Notes under the pieces: model-generated
Database searches by the model: none
Told to the model about the DNA's origin: nothing
What the model saw: only the letters and a program-made list of their open reading frames with translations
Assembly (NCBI GenBank): GCA_965645245.1
Contig: OZ287078.1
Location: forward strand, 1,922,001 to 1,986,000
Direction: 5' to 3'
Length of the DNA stretch: 64,000 bases
DNA from: Massalongia carnosa
Lineage: Eukaryota
Part shown: one piece after another, positions 59,089-64,000 of the stretch
How the letters are laid out: each line of letters opens with the position of its first letter
How positions within the stretch are numbered: position 1 is the stretch's first letter
Made by a program: the position numbers and the translations under genes

Positions 59089-60630
59089 TGTCAGGGTCCT
59101 GAGGTCACCTGACATCAGACTAGCATCGATTAGGTAATGTGCCGAGGAACCGACTTTTCAGGGGTTATATAGAACTCCGCCCGAGTAAAGCTTTTAGACT
59201 TCGTCTGAAGATTTTGGTGTAGAACTAGGCTATTGAAATTGAACTCGTTTTAACCCTCACAATCGTGTTAAACGTGTTTCTTGCTTCCCATGTTACATAC
59301 GGTGCCTTTCGGCAATGTTAGCGAAAGATTGAATTCATCGATGATATCTAACAATTGATCAGCTGCAGCATGTTGTGTGGGTCTTGAAGGACCGTTCCAA
59401 AATGGATGATGCAGATTGAAATCACCAAGCAGGATATGATGCACGCCTTGGGTTAGCATGCTCCGAACGGTCGATAGAGTGGAAGGGCTGTCAGTGGACG
59501 AATAGGAGGCAGGGGAGGGATTGTATACGTTGTGTATATGAATCACCTCCGCTGCGCCTTCGGTGCATGTTTCTATTTTTAGCGTGCACATGTCGGCCGA
59601 GGGAAATTCTACTTCCCAGCTGTCAGTGTCTATTGAATCGTTGATGTAGAAGCACACTCTGGTGTCGCCTCCTGGGCGGTATAGAAGGTGAAAGCCACTT
59701 TGATGTGAACTGAGCGATGTGGGGGCGGATGGGTTGCGCCACGGCTCCTGTATTGCAATGATATCATAGTCCTGGGTGTTTGTGTCTGCTAAGAGGGGTA
59801 TCATAGTACTCACTCTGTCATTTCTGACAATATCGAGAGGGATTTTGTGTCCCTCATAGGATTTCCATGGTTTCGACCACTGTGACTGGGGTGGCCTGGG
59901 TACCTGTCGTTACTACGGATTCTGCGCGGGGTGTATCTAGCGCTGGTTTTGCTAAGGCTTTGATCATGTTTTCATGATTCATAATGCCCATATTAGCCCA
60001 GGTTGATACTTGCTCTCCTCGGAGGAAGCCCGGTGATAAATCGGCTGAGAGCCCCGCGTTGTGCATTTTTCTTTTCTTGCCGTTCACAATCTTCCATGTT
60101 GACGAAATTTCGTTCGTTTATGTAGCTACGAGTGTCGGCGCTCCTTGAAACTAGAATGAGGGCGATTGTGACTCGATTGTGTATAGTGGAGCGCGATTTT
60201 GCATAGCAATTTCAGTTTTTCGCTTTTCAGCCTTTCTGATTTGCATGCTGTAGACCACGCCTCGTGTCCCTTCTCTCCGCATACGGCACATCGACGGTAT
60301 TGCCCCGTTGTCTCCAAGTTGCATTCTTTACTTTGATTTCCACCGGCACAGTGACAACAAGCGGCGGTTGTGCGACATGATCTACCTATGTGGCCATATT
60401 TCTGACAATTGAAGCATTGGGTCATGGTGCAACCGCGTGTAAAACGCTCACAGTCTTTTATTTCGTAGTCCTCCATCAGGCCCTCGGTGATGAGCCGGTT
60501 GGCCATCTCGGCGGTAGCGACCTCCATGTGTAGCGTGGAGTATGCTTTTTTCTCCCTGATGGCCTTGACTGACCAAGCTACTTTGATGATCTTGAGGTCA
60601 GGATGCAGGCGTGCGTTGGCGGCCTGCAGG

Positions 60631-61790
60631 TACGAGGTTAGCGCGAAAATTATTGATGGATTTTCGCATTTTTCCCCTCATTTTCTCCATATCATCATCA
60701 TCAATCACCCCTCCCATCAGCCCAATTCCGAATGGGAAACTCCCACACGTCAGCGAGTACTAGAACTATATTATGACAGTCATATGCCAGCTGCTCAAAT
60801 ATTTAGAGCAACTGGTGTACCCACACCAAATGTGCAAAGATAGATCAAATCTAGAGAGCCTCGGCACGATGCACATCCTCGCTCGGGACGACCTATCAAA
60901 CTCAACCCCAGAGACGTGCGACATCTTATGCGTGCAGTGACGAGTTCTACTGATGGTAGACAAGCATCCTACATGAAGATAGCCAAAGATCTTGGAATTC
61001 AAAGCTTCAATGTCGACTATTCGAAAGGCGCTTCGAAAAGCAGGCTTTCGTCGCTGTGTGGCCTGTCCCAAGCCCCTGGTTTCCTGGATCAATCGTCGCA
61101 AACGTCTCAAATGGGCACGAGAGCATCTGTCTTGGCAAGAAGAAGACTTGTTGTTTATTATTTTTACCGATGAGAGCACGTTTGAAACGGGACAGAAAGC
61201 TCGTCAGTTCGTTACCCGAAGGTCAGGGAAAAAGTACTGTCCTGATTGTCTGAATAGCTTAAGCACTCGGATCGACAGTCAGTCATGGGTTGGAGAGGCA
61301 TATGTGGACAGCAGGCCAGCGAATTGGTGGAGTTTAATAAGACTTTGAGAAGATAAAGAGGGGAAAAAACAAAGACATCTTGAAGGACTCGATCACCACC
61401 ACTGATTACATCAATCAGATCTTGGAACCATGCCTTTTTCCTTGGTACGAAGCTCTCAAAGCACAAAGCCACCGTCCCATCTTCATGCAAGACAATGCGA
61501 GCATTCACGATTCCAAAGAGGCTCGTTTGTGGCTACCACAAATCAGATAGAGGTCATAACCTGGCCCCCCTTCGAGTCCTGATCTCTCGAGAACATATGG
61601 GAGGGCTGCAAGCAGAAGATCAAACGATATCCTCGTTTAGTCACGAATGCAAAAGACATATTCATAGCAGGAACGAACGAATAGAACGGGTTGATGGTGG
61701 AAAATAAGCATCTGAATGGATCAACACGATGCGAGATCGTTGTCGGGCTATGATTAAAAATCATGGTTTTTCCACCTAATATTGAGTTTA
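60631..61790 (+). mobile_element. Degenerate Tc1-like transposon truncating the LINE 5' end
   Basis: RSGRPIKL, STIRKALRKAGF, RLKWAREH, IIFTDESTF, IFMQDNASIH, WPP.SPDL. Multiple frameshifts; TIR pair not found. Confidence 0.8.
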
Positions 61791-62137
61791 TTTTTATTTT
61801 TTATTTTATTTATTCATTAAGCGTATGCATCCTTAGGATATGACGCTGTGACTGCTATTTATGTACATAAACAACAGTCCGGAAGTGGAAAACTGGCCCC
61901 CAGGGTAAAACCACTCCCTTTTATTCCATATTGAACGCAACGAGATCGTTCTTCTACCACGCGGTGCATACACCCAGATATTCAAGCGCTAGGAATCCTA
62001 TAGACCCGATGAACTAGACAGTGTATCTCCACACGTTCGACGAACATTCTCTCTCTTTAACCGTTTTGGCTCAATAGATGATAGACTGGCCATGATCGAG
62101 GGCAGATCGTGGTGTCGTATAAATGAAGATGTGAAAA

Positions 62138-62341
62138 TGTGGCCATTCCGAATGAATGGGCTTTTTCGATGAGGTGAGAGGCTTCCGCCTGGGGGGTGTG
62201 GCCATTCCGACTGAATGGACTTTTTCGATGAGGTGAAAGGCTTCCGCCTGGGGGGTGTGGCCATTCCGACTGAATGGACTTTTTCGATGAGGTGAAAGGC
62301 TTCCGCCTGAGGGGTGTGGCCATTCCGAATGAATGGGCTTT
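62138..62341. repeat. 59-bp tandem repeat, ~3.5 copies
   Basis: Unit TGTGGCCATTCCGA(A/C)TGAATGG(G/A)CTTTTTCGATGAGGTGA(G/A)AGGCTTCCGCCTG(G)n starts at 62138, 62197, 62256 and 62315. Confidence 0.9.
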
Positions 62342-64000
62342 GTATGCCTTCGAAGTGATGAATGATCAGTAGAGACGTTGATCATTCAAACGGCCACCAA
62401 GGTGGGCTTCAGCGTTGGCGATGATCAGATATTGGCCACCTCCGAGGAGGTGTTGATAGCCTGCACCACGTAGAGGTTTCTGACCTAGCAGGCCAATATT
62501 GAGTTTAAAACATGCTTCAAATTTTCAGATCAACTACTTCATACATACATCTGACTTCGAAATCAATTGTAGAAATCATCGTGCATCGGGAAATCGGGAG
62601 ATGACTAATAGATCTTGATGATTAAATATTCGACTTTTTGGTTTCTTTAGTCTTTATTCGTCAACCTTTAGTCAGTTGCCTTTATCTATTGTACGTCTTT
62701 TCGTCATATTAGTCAGTGCAACCTGCATCTCAACAAATAATCGTCGCTCTGTCTCTACTTCTCGTCTCGATAAGCTTTATTATTCTCTGTACCTTGACCT
62801 TTTAATAATTCAGTCGTATATTATCCACTCTATCCTATCTTTACGTCCTCTTTATCCGTCGCAGAGTAATTTTAGTTGTTCAGCTGCTCTCTTTACATGT
62901 CACATCGTCATACATTGGCTTCGTTGCAGCTTTTGTATCTTGCGTATAACATATCTTTATAATGCGCAACCCACCCTGCATGTCTCATCGAAGATAATGT
63001 TACGCACATTCAGTTCTCGAAGATCAACAGTATTCTACATCATTACGTGGTTGTGATTCTCATTATTCTTTGAATTGATGATTATCTGTTACTTGATGAC
63101 GAGAAAGCCTGCTTAATGCCTACAGAGCCCAGATCTTAGAAGACCAACTACTACCGCGACGACATATTAAGCTCATCTGTTCTGGAACAACAGTCCCTCT
63201 TAGACGGAAGCTCTTCCTTATCCTATCAAAAAGCGCATGCGTTTAGGAAACCAATTCTCTTCAATCCTAACATAACACAACAGGTTACGTGTGACGAAGC
63301 GAGATAGTGAATAGATTTCTACCATTGCGCCACCTATCCTCCCGACCAAAAGGCACAATACTTAGTCCGCAGATCAAGCTCTATTCTACTATAACTGGGA
63401 CTCCTGCTATGTTCGCTGTAGGTCCTGCCGTCGAGACCACACATGGTCGAACCGTTACATTACATTATAATCCCTAACGTTAAGTTATAATCCCAAACAT
63501 AAGTTAAACACCCAATCCATCGAGTCTAAAGGGTTCAAGAGCACATGAAGGTCTAGATATATGGGACGTGCGATGGGGGTGCGCTCTGGGTCGCAATACA
63601 AATGGACTCGGTTGGTTATATTAACCTGACAAATAGAGTCCACTACTTGATTTGTTCATCGGGATATATGCCACAACATCCTTCGTATGGACGGTGCTCA
63701 AAGATAATATGGATGATCGTATCGATAGTGGACAAGAAGGTGGTTTGGATGATAGTCAAAAGTTGGTATGGACGGTAGTCTGGATGGTGGTCAAAAGGTA
63801 ATCTGGGTGGTGATCTGGATGGTAGATAAATGGTTGACGAAAGATGGTCTAGATGATGTTCAAAAGGTGGTATAAGAGGTGAACATTCAGTTCACGAAGA
63901 ATGTGGCGAAGGGCCGTTGCGGAGCGTCGATGAGCAGGTCTGGGGCAGGAATTAGGCTTTTCGGGGGTGCTTACTATATTCAGTACTATCGTCTCCGCAA

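Larger units (their letters stand above)
53211..59261 (+). mobile_element. Full-length Ty3/Gypsy chromovirus inserted in the LINE endonuclease
   Basis: Identical 173-bp LTRs at 53211-53383 and 59089-59261; TSD ATCGT; PPT AGAGGAGGGGTAG; self-priming PBS at 53385-53395. Confidence 0.97.
48002..60630 (-). mobile_element. Tad/I-group LINE in three pieces (48002-50369, 52789-53210, 59262-60630), degenerate
   Basis: ORF1 CCHC knuckles (QCFNCQKYGH). APE endonuclease IAIQEP, NVYNP, GDFNLHH, TIDL, SDH. RT KAPGPDG, YRPIALL, GFVDD. C-terminal CPCG...HVIMFC. 3' tail (CAT)4 at ~48004-48016. Confidence 0.92.

Noticed and set aside
63690..63880. Degenerate GGATGGTGGTC-like repeats
   Set aside because: No stable period, ORF or boundary visible, and it is close to the window edge.
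1..64000. Starship or Crypton (tyrosine recombinase) element
   Set aside because: I recognised no DUF3435 or tyrosine-recombinase ORF. The window could still lie inside a larger element whose ends are outside it.

Overview
Transposon-dense region of a filamentous ascomycete genome (inferred from short GT-AG introns with CTRAC-type branch sites and fungal TE and NLR families). Most of the window is nested mobile DNA. The standout is a ~6.05-kb DNA transposon (5518-11572) with 95-bp TIRs, a perfect 8-bp TSD and hairpin-forming ends. It carries two convergent intron-containing genes, a DUF6589/Academ-type transposase and a RecQ-family helicase, which is the AcademH architecture. A second two-gene DNA transposon (42512-46177, TA TSD, ~205-bp TIRs) pairs a DD34E Tc1-like transposase with an uncharacterised convergent cargo gene. 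The main host gene is a SesB-like hydrolase-NACHT-ankyrin NLR with ~47 near-identical 99-bp repeats; it has a premature stop and is cut off by a Gypsy fragment bounded by inverted LTR ends. Also present: an intact young Copia nested in an older Copia (both with a Ty5-type PBS), a near-intact self-priming chromovirus and a pogo element inside a Tad-like LINE, piggyBac and Tc1 relics, two copies of a ~118-bp solo LTR (one disrupting an MFS transporter gene), and several pseudogenes. All family assignments come from motif recognition, not database searches.
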